A stretch of 64,000 nt of DNA from Mobula birostris (Eukaryota). The notes under the pieces are model-generated. The model made no database searches and was not told the origin of the DNA. It was given only the letters and a program-made list of their open reading frames with translations. The stretch is taken from the NCBI RefSeq assembly GCF_030028105.1, contig NC_092396.1, forward strand, positions 24,431,474-24,495,473, read 5' to 3'. This document shows, one piece after another, positions 50,941 through 63,786 of this stretch. Position 1 is the stretch's first letter; each line of letters opens with the position of its first letter. The position numbers were made by a program, and so were the translations under genes.

Positions 50941-52771
50941 CGGTGGTTCCATTGGAGATGGGAGGAAACTAAAATACCCAGAAGAACCCCAACCATTCAC
51001 AGGAAGAATGTGCAAACTCCACACAGACAGCCCTGGAAGTCAGGGTTGAATCTGGATCACTAAAGCTCTACTTCAGCTTCTTGTTCACCGGAGATGTTTA
51101 TTGCCTGACACTTCGTGTCATGAACGTTACTGGTCAATCACCAATGTCAATTAACAGCCCAGCCCTGAATGTTGTCTCGATTCTCTTGTAAATAGATAGG
51201 TACATACCTCTTCATTTGCTGAAGAACTGCAAATGAAAATGAACATTATGCAATCATTAATGAACCACTGATTCTTACATTTCATAGCTTCATAGTATAC
51301 TGCAGAAGGCCATTCCATCCCTTGAGTCTCTGCTTGCCGCAGATCAATCTCATCAATCCCACTTATTTCCTTGTAAATGTTTTTCCTATTAATACAGCCT
51401 CATTCTTTTGACATCCACCTCCACTAGAAGAAAGTTACAGTAGTCAAAAGTATCCTTTTGTAGATGAAAGGAAGCTGGAGCACTGGGGGAAACCCACAGG
51501 GAGAACGTACAAACTCCATGTAGAGAACACCAGATATCAGGATCAAACCTGGATCACAAGAGATGTGAGACAGCTTCTGACTTTATGATGGAAAGCAGGT
51601 CATCAGTTTTGGGGAGGACACTCTCCCCAGGAATTCTTGCAGTGACATCCTGGGGCAGGGATGATGACTCCTGATGAACACAACCACTTTCCCTTGTGAC
51701 TCCAAACACTGGAGTGTACTCCCTTTGATACCTAGTTTTGCTGGGGCACCTTGGTACCGCATTTAATTAAATTCTGCCTTTAAGCCAAGGGCAGTCGCTG
51801 TTTAGACCAAGGCAGTCCATATTTACACCAAGGGTATCATGAAGTCTGGAAACGAGTGGTCCTGTTGAGACCCAAAATGGACATTGGTGAGTAGGTTCTT
51901 GTGGAGTAGGTGAAATTTGGTATATATTGTTGATGATAGCTTCCACCACCTTGTTGATGATTGGGACTTACTACTGTTTGTGAACAGAATACACTCAGCC
52001 AGTTTTCCACGTTGTCAGGTAAAGCCCGTGTCAGAATGGCTTGGCTAGAGGTGCAGCTGGTTCTAAGTATTCGTGAAGTGAGGTACAATAGTGCCAAGTG
52101 TGGCAGCCAAATTGCATAGCAGGGTCTCAAGAATGTCAGTAAGGTAAATGAACCGATCATTTTTATGTTGTAGTTTTGGAGGGATTAATGCTGACCAGGA
52201 CACCAGGAGAATTCCCACATTTATTCAGACAGCGCTTTGGGATCATGGTGCAGGTAGGTCCCAACCAAAGGAGGTGCGAGGCGTTCCTTCCCTCTGCTAG
52301 CCTGCAAGTCATCCTTGGGCAAAATGTAGCACCTACTCAGCCCCACACCCCCATGAGAAGCTATGGGATCAGGAGGTGGATGGTCGTATGAGCAGCTGGT
52401 GCTTATTACAAGCCCTGGTTCTGCAACCACTGACTCCAGGCAGGCAATCTCTGAAGAGTATATTGTTAATGGCTGGGGTCACCCGTCTTGTAAAGACACT
52501 GCCCATAAGAAGGTTTCTGCAGAAAAATTTGCCAAGAACAATCATGGCCCTGGAAAGACCATGATCGCTCACATCATGCATAATGATGATGATGCTTTGG
52601 GATCTGCTCAACCACATTAGAGGCCAGACTGTGCAAGATTTTCTGTCACATCCAGAAGTGTGTCTGATGTGCGTTCAGTACTGCACTTCTGACAGCAAGA
52701 CTGGAACAGTCATTAACAAGAGAAAATCTGCAGATGCTAATGCAGCCCTGAAGAAGGGACTTGGCCTGAAA

Positions 52772-52855
52772 CATCAACTGTTAATTCATTTCCATCAACT
52801 GTTTATTCATTTCCATCAACTGTTAATTCATTTCCATCAGCTGTTTATTCATTTC
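52772..52855 (+). repeat. 21-bp tandem repeat x4 (CATCAACTGTT(A/T)ATTCATTTC) inside a pLTR insert
   Basis: Directly visible; starts right after CTGAAGA...GAAA. Confidence 0.9.
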
Positions 52856-53711
52856 CATAGATGCTGCCCCCAGCATTTTGTGCGTGTTGCTCTGTCATTT
52901 TGTTATTACTCCTTCACAGGCAGAGCCAGCATTTCATTTCCCATCCCTAATTGCCCTTGAGAAGGAGGTGGTGGGCTACCCTCCTGACCTGCTGTAGTCC
53001 TTTGAGGTGTGGCTGTGCCCACAATGTTGTTAGGGAGAGAGTTCCAGGACTTTGCCCCAGCAATTGCAAAGGAACGGTGATATCTTTCCAAGTCAAGATG
53101 GTGTGTGACTTGAAGGGCATCTTCCAGGTGGTGGTGATCCAATGCTCTTGCCGCTCTCCCCCTTCGAAATGGTAGAGGTTGTGGGTTCGGTCTGAAGAGC
53201 CCTTGTGGGTTGCTGCAGGGCATCTGGTACATGGAACAAAGTGCTGCTACGGTGTTGCGGTGAGTGAATGCTGGTGGGTGGAGCGCCTCTCAGAAGGGCT
53301 GTAGGCTGCCAAGCCTCTTGAGTGTTGTTGAAGTTGCACTCATCCAGGCAGGTGGAGCAGATTCCAGCATCTTCCTGACTTGACCCTTGCAGATGGTGGA
53401 TAGGCTTTGGGAGTTAGGAGGTGAGGTACTTGTGCCAGACCAGTTATTGTAGTCACATTGTATACGGCTGCTCGAGTCCAGTTTCTGGGCAATGGTAACT
53501 CCCAGAATATTGATAGCAGGGTATTCAGTGATGGTAATGTCATTGAATATTAGGGAGCAATAGCAAGATTTTCTCTTGTTGGATATGGACACTGCCTAGC
53601 AATCATGTGATACGAATGTTACTTGCCACTTGACCGAGGCCTGGATACTGCCCAGGTCTTGTTGCATCCGGCATCCATTTTACACTCATCTCTTTTTATT
53701 CTCCTCATATT

Positions 53712-53995
53712 GGGGGCGGCGTGGCAGCGTAGTGGTTAGCACAACGGTTTACAGTGCAGGAGACCTGGGTTCAATTCCCACCACTGCCTGAAAGGAGTTT
53801 GTACGTTCTCCCCATGACCGGTGTGGGTTTCCTCCTGGTTTCCTCCCACAGTCCAAAGACGTACTGGTTGGCAGGTTAATTGGTCATTGTAAATTGTCCC
53901 GTGATTAGGCTAGGATTAAACTGGGGGATTGCTGGGGCAGCACGGCTTGAAGGGCTAGAATGGCCTATGTGCTGTACTTCAATAATTAAATAATA
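53712..53995 (+). mobile_element. V-SINE (HE1-like), full length
   Basis: tRNA head (tggcagcgtagtgg, gggttcaattccc), V-domain ggagtttgtacgttctcccc...gggtttcctcc...tcccacagtccaaagac, LINE-derived tail. Confidence 0.85.
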
Positions 53996-54834
53996 TATAT
54001 ATCTTACAAGTTTCACCCAGATTCTACCACTCATTTACACAATAGGGGCAAATCGGTGTGGCCAATGAATCAGCAAACCCACACGTCTTTGGGATGTGGA
54101 AAGAAATCCAGAGCACCCAGAGGGACCCATTTGGTCTCAGCAAGAGCATGCAAACTCCACATAGACTGCATCCAACATCATTGTGCATTGGATTCTTTGA
54201 AATGGAGCTCAAACATGGACCTATTGAGCCAGATATAGTTTATATTGTAACCCCAAAGGAAGATTGATGTGGGACATGATATCGTGCTCCTCAGTTGTGC
54301 TCCTGAGATAAGGTTTTTGAGTAAGATAGCGTAGAGGTCACCTCATTTTGTACCTAACTCTGTTTGATTGTCAGGGAATACTTGGAGCAGTTTGGAAGGA
54401 GCTTCACCACTGAATTTTACCTAAGTGTTTACTGATATGATCTTGTTTAACTGGGCAATGTAAAAGGAGATTTTATCTGCATTTAGCACATCTTGTACTG
54501 ACTTGTGAGTAATTAATGGGACACCAATAGCTAAAAATGTTTTGACAAAACCCTGCTGAAATCAGCTTGGCATGGAATGGTACTATCTTGCACACATTTC
54601 TGGGTATATTTATGACTGGCAGGAAATTTAACTCTTTGAGATAAGGGGTTGGGTACACACTACGGAACCAAATATATATTTGACATCTTTGACAGAAATG
54701 TTGTTCTCTCTAGAATGTTCTGTTTTTGGCATAAATTTCCCCACAAAGGATGACAATAGCAGACGCATAAGCATTGCAAAATTTATCTTTCAATCTTAAT
54801 TGTCTCTCAATTCTTACTCATTCACAAAACAGAG

Positions 54835-55597
54835 TTAACATAGAAACATAGAAAACCTACAACACAATGCAGTCCCTCCAGCCCACAAAGTTATGACGAA
54901 CATGTCCCTACCTTATAAATTACCTAGGGTTACCCATAGCCCTCTATTTTTCTAAGCTCCATGTACCTATCCAAAAGTCTCTTAAAAGACCCTATCATAT
55001 CCATCTCCACCACCGTTGCTGGCAGCCCATTCCACGCACTCACCACTCTCTGAGTAAAAAACTTACCCCTGACATCTCCTCTGTACCTACTCCTCAGCAC
55101 TTTAAACCTGTGTCCTCCTGTGGGAACCATTTCAGCCCTGGGAAAAAGCCTCTGACTATCCACATGATCAATACCTCTCATTATCTTACACACCTCTATC
55201 AGGTCACCGCTCATCTTCCGTCGCTCCAAGGAGAAAAGGCTGAGTTCACTCAACCTGTTTTCATAGGGCATGCTCCCCAATTCAGGCAATATCCTTGTAA
55301 ATCTCCTCCGCACCCTTTCTATGGCTTCCACATCCTTCCTGTAGTGAGGCAACCAGAACTGAGCACAGTACTCTAAGTGGGGTCTGACCAGAGTCCTATA
55401 TAGCTGCAACATTACCTCTTGGCTCTTAAATTCAATTCCACGATTGATGAAGGCCAATACACCATATGCCTTATTCACAGAGTCAACCTGCACAGCTGCT
55501 TTGAGCGTCTTATGGACTCGGACCCCAAGATCCCTCTGATCCTCCACACTGCCAAGAGTTTTACCATTAATACTATATTCTGCCGTCATATTTGACT
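54835..55597 (-). mobile_element. CR1 3' fragment with open RT C-terminus
   Basis: ORF 54930-55589 (LYRTLVRPHLEYCAQFW, FFTQRVVSAWNGLP); tail at 54836-54855. Confidence 0.92.
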
Positions 55598-56839
55598 AAT
55601 TTCCTGAAATTGTGCTATTAACGCTCCAACTGCATTTTTTATATTCTTGGAGACCCATGGATTCCTATGTCTTCAAAGATCTATCTTACATGTGCCTTGA
55701 TCTTTTTGGCAGGTAGGGCTGGGACTCAGCCTCTTTGCCTCAGGATAATTTCAAAGGCTGCTGCTGAACTCAGCCACATGTCCCAGTCTTCTGATTGCCG
55801 CTACATTAGTGAGGCCTCCAAAGTGACGAAGAAAAGATATGATCTATTTTTCTTTGCCTTTGAGAGTAGCATTTACTTACGTTGTAGGTTATCTCAAGAT
55901 ATAGACCACAAATTCACACTGCACTCGTGCCCTTGCAGGAGCGTATTGTAGCCCTGGCCGATTCTGTCGTCCCCTTGCACAAAAAAAATGTCTCCTTCAT
56001 AAGCCTTCCAAGTCCCTTCAACACTTTGGGACCACTCTCCCACCCCTCTCTCATCACTGTAACCTCGGCTCACTCCTGTCCTATAATTGGAAACATTTTA
56101 TGTTATACGCCTTTAAGAACCGGCTGCAAATATTGCACCTGTGACCTACATGCGGACAAGTGCAAGAACTTGCAACACAAGAATAGGATATGCTGCATCA
56201 AAATCACTAATGCCATTTTCAGTGTGCTGTTACATGTGGATATTCAATAACACCCTCACTCTTTGTGTGACTTTCACAAACAGTGTTATAGACCACAGAC
56301 CATAAGACATAGGAGCAGAATTAGGCCATTTTGTCTATTGAGTCTGCTCCACCCTTCCATCATGGCTGATTTATTAAACCTCTCAACCCCACTCTCCTGC
56401 CTTCTCCCCATAACCTTTTATGCTCTTACTAATCAAGAAACTATCAACTTCCACTTTAACTATACTCAATGACTCGGCCTCCACAGCCATCTGCAGTATG
56501 AATTCCAAAGATTCACCATCCTCTAGCCAAAGAAATTCCTTCTCGTCTCTGTTCTAGAGGAACATCCCTCTATTCTGAGGCTCTGCCCTCCAGTCCAAGT
56601 CTCCCTCCTTTGGAAATATCTTTCCATTGTCCACTCTATCTAGGCCTTTCAATATTCGACGGGTTTCAATGAGATTATTCATGAAGCAATTCCTAGGACT
56701 GTCTTTAATATTGATCTTCATTTCCTCAGCCCACTATAATTTGCTTACCACTGAAGCAGGTAAACAGTGGTTGGAATCCCCCTGGTCCTACACCATCTCT
56801 GGAGCATCCAGACACCAATCTCGGACTATTATTTATTGA

Positions 56840-57845
56840 CTACATCTCTGTCTTCAATACTTGGAATTCCAAGCAAATTTATCACCAAACCCTGGATCCT
56901 AGGAGTCAACATGTCCCTCAGCAAGTGGAGCTTTGACTTCCTGAGCAACAGAGCAGAATCAATAAGAATAGGCAACAACACCTCTGCCATGATTATTCTA
57001 AACACAGGCGCTCCACAAGGTTGTGTCCTCATCCCCTAACTCTACTCCCAGCACACTCATGACTTCATGTACGTATTCTGCTCTAACTCAATCTACAAGT
57101 TTGCAGATAATATCACTGTGGTGGCCGTATCACAGATAACAAGAAGTCAGAGTACAGGAAGGAGGCAGAAAACTTAGTAACATGGTAACATGATAACAAT
57201 CTTTCTGTCAACGTTGGCAAACCAGGGGAACTGGTCTTTGCTTTCAGGAAGGGGGAGCAATGCACATGCGCTTGTCGATATCAATGATGCTGAGGTTGAG
57301 AGGCTGAGAGCTTTAAATTCTGTTGAGCGAATCTCACCAATTGCCTGTCCTGGTCCATCCTGGTCCAGCCTGGTAGATGTCATGGCCAAGAAAGCTCACC
57401 AACATCTCTACTTCCTCAAGAGTCTAAAGAAAGTTGGCATGCTCCTGTCGGACCGTTACCAATTTTTATTGGTGCACAATAGAAAGCAGCTTATTGTGTT
57501 TGGTATGGCAACTGCTCCGCCTGAGACTGCAAGATACCGCAGACAGTTGTGGACACAGCTAAGCACATCATGAAAACAAGCTTTCCCTCTTTGGACTCTG
57601 CCTTTACTTCTCGCAGCCCCATATTCAAAGACCCTACCCATCCCAGACGTTCCCTCTTCTCCTTTCTTCCACTGGGCAGAAGATACAAAAGCCTGAAAGC
57701 ACCCACCACCAATCTGACGGGTAACTTCTACCCCACTGTTCCCCAGTGTGATAAACTGCATGCTTGACCTCACAAGTTACCTCGTTATGATTTTTTTGCA
57801 CCTTATTGTTTACCTGCACCACACTTTCTCTGCAGCTGTTACACT
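56840..57845 (+). mobile_element. Rex1/Babar LINE fragment (3'UTR resumes ~58165-58285)
   Basis: LNTGAPQGCVL and KKAHQHLYFLKSLKK motifs. Confidence 0.75.
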
Positions 57846-57850
57846 TTATT

Positions 57851-58160
57851 TCCCCCCCCCTCCCCCTTTCCTTCTCCCTGGGCCTCCTGTCCCATGATCC
57901 TCTCGTATCCCCTTTGCCTATCACCTGTCCAGCTCTTGGCTCCATCCCTCCCCCTCCTGTCTTCTCCTATCATTTTGGATCTCCCCCTCCCCCTCCAACT
58001 TTCAAATCCCTTACTCACTCTTCCTTCAGTTAGTCCTGACGAAGGGTCTCGGCCTGAAATGTCGACTGTACCTCTTCCTAGAGATGCTGCCTGGCCTGCT
58101 GTGTTCACCAGCAACTTTGATGTGTGTTGCTTGAATTTCCAGCATCTGCAGAATTCCTCG
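57851..58160 (+). mobile_element. Young Penelope-like 3'UTR + pLTR insert
   Basis: Pyrimidine tract, hammerhead and arm nearly identical to 14218-14345; flanked by an imperfect repeat tgtt(t)acac(t/c)ttatt. Confidence 0.75.
58032..58067 (+). ncRNA. Best-preserved minimal type-I hammerhead ribozyme motif
   Basis: agtc-CTGACGA-AGGgtctcggCCT-GAAA-tGTC-gact: 4-bp stem I, 3-bp stem II, GUC cleavage triplet, vestigial stem III. Confidence 0.68.
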
Positions 58161-58865
58161 TGTTTACACCTTATTCTGCATTGCTATTGTTTTACCTTGT
58201 TCAATGCACTATGTAATGAACAGGGTGAAAGACAAGCTTTTCACTGTATCTCAGTGCATGTGACAATAATAAACCAATTCCAACTTTAAGAACTAACATT
58301 CTGCAATTTAAAGTGGAAAAATATTCACCAAAAAAAAAATCTTTTCCTACCTGGCCCAGTTTTTTTACCCTGTTAATATATTATTTTATCTTTCAAGAGA
58401 GCTGTCTTTCAGAGAAGCTGTTTCAAGATGCCTTTCCTAAAATAATGGCTTACAGAACTGAAAGGGTTAACATGGATTGCCTTTACTCATCTCTAGCAGG
58501 CAGTCGTCTAAAAGGAAAGGGAATTCTGGGGAAGTTAGAAGTCACAGGGGTGCAATGTTCCTTCAGTCCTTTCTTTTTCAGTAAAATTAATCACACAAGA
58601 TTTTAACCAGAGTACAAAGAACTCTCTGTAAACAGCACCTGGATGTTTCAGCTGGAGGAGATGATGCAAAAACGAACAGGCTATTTCTTGTGTGAAATAC
58701 ATCATCTGTCAAAAGACTTCCAGAGTGATTGGCCTTATCTTAGAACCCCATTATAGTGCATTTTTTTAAACAGAAGTTTGACGATGGATAACGGAGTCTG
58801 TGCGGAGTGGATAGGTTAGGGAGCAGCTTCCTGTTTGCTGTACTAATGCCTGAGGAATTCATTCT

Positions 58866-58875
58866 CCTTTTATGG
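58866..58875. promoter_or_regulatory. Perfect CArG box CCTTTTATGG (SRF site) in the putative FBLIM1 promoter
   Basis: CC(A/T)6GG seen directly, ~170 nt upstream of a strong donor (TTTCG|GTAAGT at 59046) in unique sequence. Confidence 0.5.
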
Positions 58876-58929
58876 TAAAGTGAAGCAGAGGTAGGCGGAC
58901 GGGCTATCCCTGGGTGAGGGAAGGAGATA

Positions 58930-59045
58930 ATTAGAACCAGTTCAGACTCAGAGTGGTTCTGCTTGTAGACTCTGAAAGAGGTGTGCTAGTGAAATAAAAA
59001 CCCTGCAGGGCTGTTGGCCTTCCTACGACAAATACTACAGTTTCG
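58930..59045 (+). other. Candidate FBLIM1 non-coding first exon (5' boundary uncertain)
   Basis: Consensus donor GTAAGT at 59046. The first coding exon has an acceptor upstream of its ATG, so a 5'UTR exon is expected. Confidence 0.4.
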
Positions 59046-61164
59046 GTAAGTGCCTCAGGGAACTCTAAGTGCAATTGGATTCTAGGTGTCAACCGGTAGC
59101 CAGTAACATACAGTAAGTATTTATAAACTGCCTTTTTCAAACCGGCTTGGGTATTGTTCCTGCTACATTGTTTCCTGCTGTGTTCTTCCCTCCTTTACCG
59201 ATTGGGCAGATGCGAGCTGAACATTAGCTTCACAACCTTTTGGGCATCCTCTGGTACCTCATTGTTCTTCAAAAATGCACTCAGATAAGTGGGTGTTGCT
59301 CTGCTTTTTGAGAGTACTTGTCTGTAAGTATATCGAAACAAACCAAGAGGATTAAATGAGTCCGGGATTGAATAGCTTGTCATATGAAGAGCATTTTTCA
59401 GCCAGGGAGTGGTGAATCTGGAATTCTTTGCCACAGGCAGCTGTGGAGGCCAAGTCTTTATGTATATTTAAGGCAGAGGTTGATAGATCCTTGATTGGTC
59501 AGGGCTTGAAGGAATATGGGGAGAAGATAGGAGATTGGGGCAGAGAAGAAAATCGGATCAGCCATGATGCAATGGTGGAGCAGTCTCGATGGGCCGATGG
59601 CCTAATTCTGCTCCTGTATCTCATAATCTTAAATGAATTGCTCTTCTCCATCCCTGCAAATAAGAAGTTGAATGGTTTGTCCAGTATTCTTCCTTTCTTT
59701 TAAGTACAATTAACCATACAAACTACTAATTGAAACAGAAATAATTCTCAGCAAATTAAACACCTGAATATTTCATCTGGGTGTGTCTAATGCAAAATTG
59801 ACAGGCTATTTCTTGTCTGAAATGCGTCATCTGCTAGGCAACTTACAAAGAAGTTGGTCTTATCGTAGAATCATTAAATAGTGTTGTAAGCAGAAGAGGT
59901 TGGAATGGGTTGAGAGCGGGAACCTTTGCTGATTTATTTCCCCCACCATGTTTTGGGACAGCAGCCAAACTCCCAGTGCCACAACCACGAGTAAACCCAA
60001 TAAACCCTGGGATCAGTCAGCATTGTGTATACATAGAGTTGAACTTTGAACTACTTGCTCAACACACCTACTACTAGGTGGGCCATTGCAATCAGTCATT
60101 TCCTTAGAATTTGCATGGCACATTAACAGTTTCAGGAAGGTTTAGACAGCACCTAAGCCACAGTATTTGCTCGGTTTGTTTGTACTCAGTCTGAGGCCCT
60201 AGAACATGGCTATCTTTCTATGATTTACGTCCTTTATGGAAGGCTGCTGGTATCATTATGATTGCCATTGTGACAAATCACATTGGATATCAGGGCCAAA
60301 TGGGTTATTGATGTTCTGAGTATTTTTATTGCATGTGCCAAACAACACTTTATATCCTTGAAGCAACATGTATCTGAATGGCTGCCTGTAGAGGATTGGT
60401 GCAGGCTGTGGTAGCAAAAAAATACAGTTTGCAATCTCATTTGCTCCTTACTAGAAGTGGAACTTTCAATTACTTTGTCCATCTGGTTGCAACAGCTGAG
60501 TCTAACAGAAAGGGACATGCTTTTCCTAAAGGTCTTGTCATTTTCGGTCTATAATTTGGTAATTTCCATTAAAATTCTTCTATTGATTTGTTTTATCTGA
60601 AAACATAAAAAGTATGAGGGCTAGATCTAGTCCTGATGTATTTGGACAAAATAGGTGTATTCATAAGGCTTTGGTTTGGTTCTTATTTGTAACAGAACTG
60701 TGAATGTCAATGCATCAACATAAGGTCAACTTTGGGAAGCCATCCTGTTTGAAGACCCCTCTTTGATACAAGAAGTTCAGCAGATCCTGGAAATCTTGAA
60801 TAACAGATACAAAATGCTGGAGGAATTCAGAAGGTCTTGGTGAAATGTCAACAGTTCACTTCCTCCCATAGATGCTGACTGACCTGTTGATCTCCTCCAG
60901 GATTTTGTTGTGTTGCTCAAGACCCCTCTTTGAGCTCCCGTAAGATTCATTCCTTGCATCTTATCACTCTTTTTCCTTGGTAAGAAGCATGTTATCTTGC
61001 CTGTGTCAGCACAGCTTACCAAAGACTGGTAGCTCACTCTAATATTAACCAATGTCATCAAGCCTTCCCTGTATCAATAAGATCATAGCTGATCTATGCT
61101 GGCTTCAACTCCTTTTTTGTGCCAGTTCCTCATAACCCTCAATTCCTTGATCTTTCATATCTGT

Positions 61165-61500
61165 CTGTCTAGGTACCATATCCGATGCGGACTTTGGTGA
61201 CCATGGTTTTCCATATAGATCTATCCTTCGTTTTTTGGATGACTTCTATTTCCTCGATGTGTAGCCACCTGACTATGCTTTTGATGTACATAAGCCGAGG
61301 TCTCCTTTTAGGTTTGCTCCCCTCAATCTTTCCAGAGAGTGTGAGTTTTTCTAGTTCATCTTTCCGCATGATGTGACCTAGGAATCTGAGTTGTCTTTCT
61401 CTTATTGTTGGTCTGAGTGATCGAACTGCTTGGGCTCCTCTGAGAACTTCTTCATTTGATGTGTGTGTGGTCCATGATATTTTTAACATTCTCCTGTAGA
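61165..61500 (-). mobile_element. RTE-clade LINE 3' fragment
   Basis: ORF 61169-61489: MLKISWT...SNEEVL...RQLRFLGHIMRKDELEKLTLSGKIEG. Confidence 0.85.
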
Positions 61501-61974
61501 CCCAGTATATGAAAGAGGATCTATTTTCATCTTAACTACGGTGTATCTAATGATCTGGTGTCCATGCCACTCTCGGGGGCAGACAATTCCAGAGGATCAT
61601 TGCCCTCTGAGAGAAGAAATTCAGAAACCTAAAGAGAAATATATTTGAATAGGCAAGAAACTAATCTGTTTATTGGCCCTCTCCAATGGTAGGGCCTCTC
61701 TGCTGTCAGGATTTGGGAACTGGAGAAGCAGCCATACATTCACCTTACCTGAAATACAACGACTGGTCTTTCAAGTACAACAGAAGTTTGTTTTAAACAT
61801 TTCAGGTTATTTTTTGAGCACCTCAGTTAATCTGTGTTTCAGCAGCCGCAGCTGATATTTGCCTTTTATCACGTCTGCCATATCCAGGGCTCCGCAGAGG
61901 GTTAGATGTACCCCAGACCAAAGAATCTCAAGTCCAGTATTGTTGTTTGCATCTATAGGTATTGCAAATCAAGG

Positions 61975-62206
61975 ATGTCTCAGACAAGAAAAGTTTCTTC
62001 AGTTTATATTCAACTTGCTACTCCTGGGACTATCAGCACCCCGAAGCCATATAAATCTCTTGAAGCTGCAAGGGTGGTCGACAATAGACATCAAAAATTA
62101 GTGCCGTCAGCACCTAGATCCGGGACCTCCTTCAATAGATTTGAAAACGTGGGTGTGAAAGGAGTGGCAGTGACCGTACAACCAGACGTACGTTCCGCTA
62201 GCGAAG
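61975..62206 (+). CDS. FBLIM1: FBLIM1 (migfilin) first coding exon (MSQTRKVSSVYIQLATP...DVRSASE-D)
   Basis: RKVSSVYIQLA matches the migfilin filamin-binding motif KRVASSVFITLA; acceptor atctatag| ends at 61958; donor G|GTAAGG; adjacent to TMEM82 as in human. Confidence 0.85.
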
Positions 62207-63010
62207 GTAAGGAAAAAACAGAGTGCGTCTCAGTCTCTCATCAGTGTGACTTCATTCTAATTCATTTCCATGGAACTCACAGTGGGCATAGTTTGAGATG
62301 ATGAATCAGGGCTACTGTCCAATTTCAGATTGTTTAGATTGCATTAGGGTAAAGACACAGGTGGAAGTGGCAATGCCTAAGGTAATTTGATTGTAGGTCT
62401 GCCCCAAAGGCATAGTGGAGAAACGCATTACTGATCCATACAGATAAGGGCAGTCCACATTCAATTCTATATCAATCCTTAATTAACTTATCTCAACACC
62501 CCTTTGCTTACAGAAGGGAAAAAAACAACCAGACTTCATGAACTTTTGTGATCATTATCCAGTGATTCCTGCTGCAAAATGTATGCATGTAATGCATCAG
62601 GTAAAACTAGAAATGGATTTGACTGTCATGGATACACAATTAAAAATCCTTCCGACACTTATTGCAAGTTTGTACAAAGAATGGATGTTTAAAGAAAATT
62701 TCAGAGGATAAGCCTGCACTTCCCCATCTTGTAATGAACCTTCAGGAAAGACAGTGGGGTCTTGAATCTGCTCAGTGAGATTAAGTAACAGGCATAAAAC
62801 TTCATAAGGAAGTTAACAGTAATTGTTGATATTTTAAATTTTCATTGTTCATTTTAAAGCAGCTGAGCGCCCAAACTCTTTTAAGATCATTGGTTCAGGA
62901 TGGTTTCTGTCACTCTGATCGATCTATTGCAAAAACGTCCCATCATTTGGACGTGCCTTAGTCCTGGCAACTTCATCTGCCCATATTACACGCTCTTCTT
63001 TTTTTTGCAG

Positions 63011-63189
63011 ATTACCCTCCCCCTCCACCTGCTCCAGAAAACATAAAAGATGCATTTTACCCCAGTGAAATGCCACTTCCTCCTCCTCCGCCACCTCTGC
63101 TTTCCCATGAGGGGGCACTTCCATCTGGAAATGACCCCAACCAATCCAATGTGCAGAAACCAACTGGTGGAGCTGGCCCTAGAAAGCAG
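63011..63189 (+). CDS. FBLIM1: FBLIM1 proline-rich exon (DYPPPPPAPENIKDAFYPSEMPLPPPPPP...GPRKQ)
   Basis: Acceptor ttttttgcag|AT (phase 1), donor CAG|GTAGGA; polyproline EVH1-type ligand region expected in migfilin. Confidence 0.85.
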
Positions 63190-63380
63190 GTAGGAGGCTT
63201 AATTTTTTTTCTTCATCTATTTTGCCATGATATGCATCTTTGCAAACATATGAACTTTTGATATGTCAGACACTGAGTGTGATTGAGCTATGCACAACCT
63301 TACTTTCCTGTCATGAGGTGAAAGAAAATCTAGAAAAAGAGAGTGAAATAAATTCTCTAATGTACATTTTTTTATACTAG

Positions 63381-63501
63381 GAATTTTCTCCAACCTCTGA
63401 ATCTGAGAAACACAGCGTTCCTAATATGAGAAACACACGGGAAAACTCAGCACCTCAGACACTGAATAACAAACTGAATGGTTCACCAAGTTCCAGAGAA
63501 G
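63381..63501 (+). CDS. FBLIM1: FBLIM1 exon preceding the LIM domains (EFSPTSESEKHSVPNMRNTRENSAPQTLNNKLNGSPSSRE)
   Basis: Acceptor tttatactag|GAA (phase 0), open frame, donor G|GTAGGT; the gene continues beyond the window. Confidence 0.72.
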
Positions 63502-63786
63502 GTAGGTGGGTATTGTTGGTGTGGAATGGATTCACATATTTATTTGTTTCCTGGAACATAGCTGGGTATTGACTATCCAACAGAAGCTAAAAGCATTTAA
63601 TGCTATCTCTGTTGTTTTATGTATCACGTATTTCATTTGCATAAGCAGAAAAAAAATTCCAGCCATCACCTTTATTAATTAATTGCCAACATTTGGTAGC
63701 AATTGTATTGAATCTCCTGGGAAGTATGGAGAAGCACCACTGTATTCTAAGCTTCTCTTCGAATTGGGGAACTGGACGATGCCTTG

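Noticed and set aside
61906-61974. Upstream ATG extension of the FBLIM1 ORF (MYPRPK...)
   Set aside because: It crosses a splice acceptor at 61958; the filamin-binding motif position fits the ATG at 61975.
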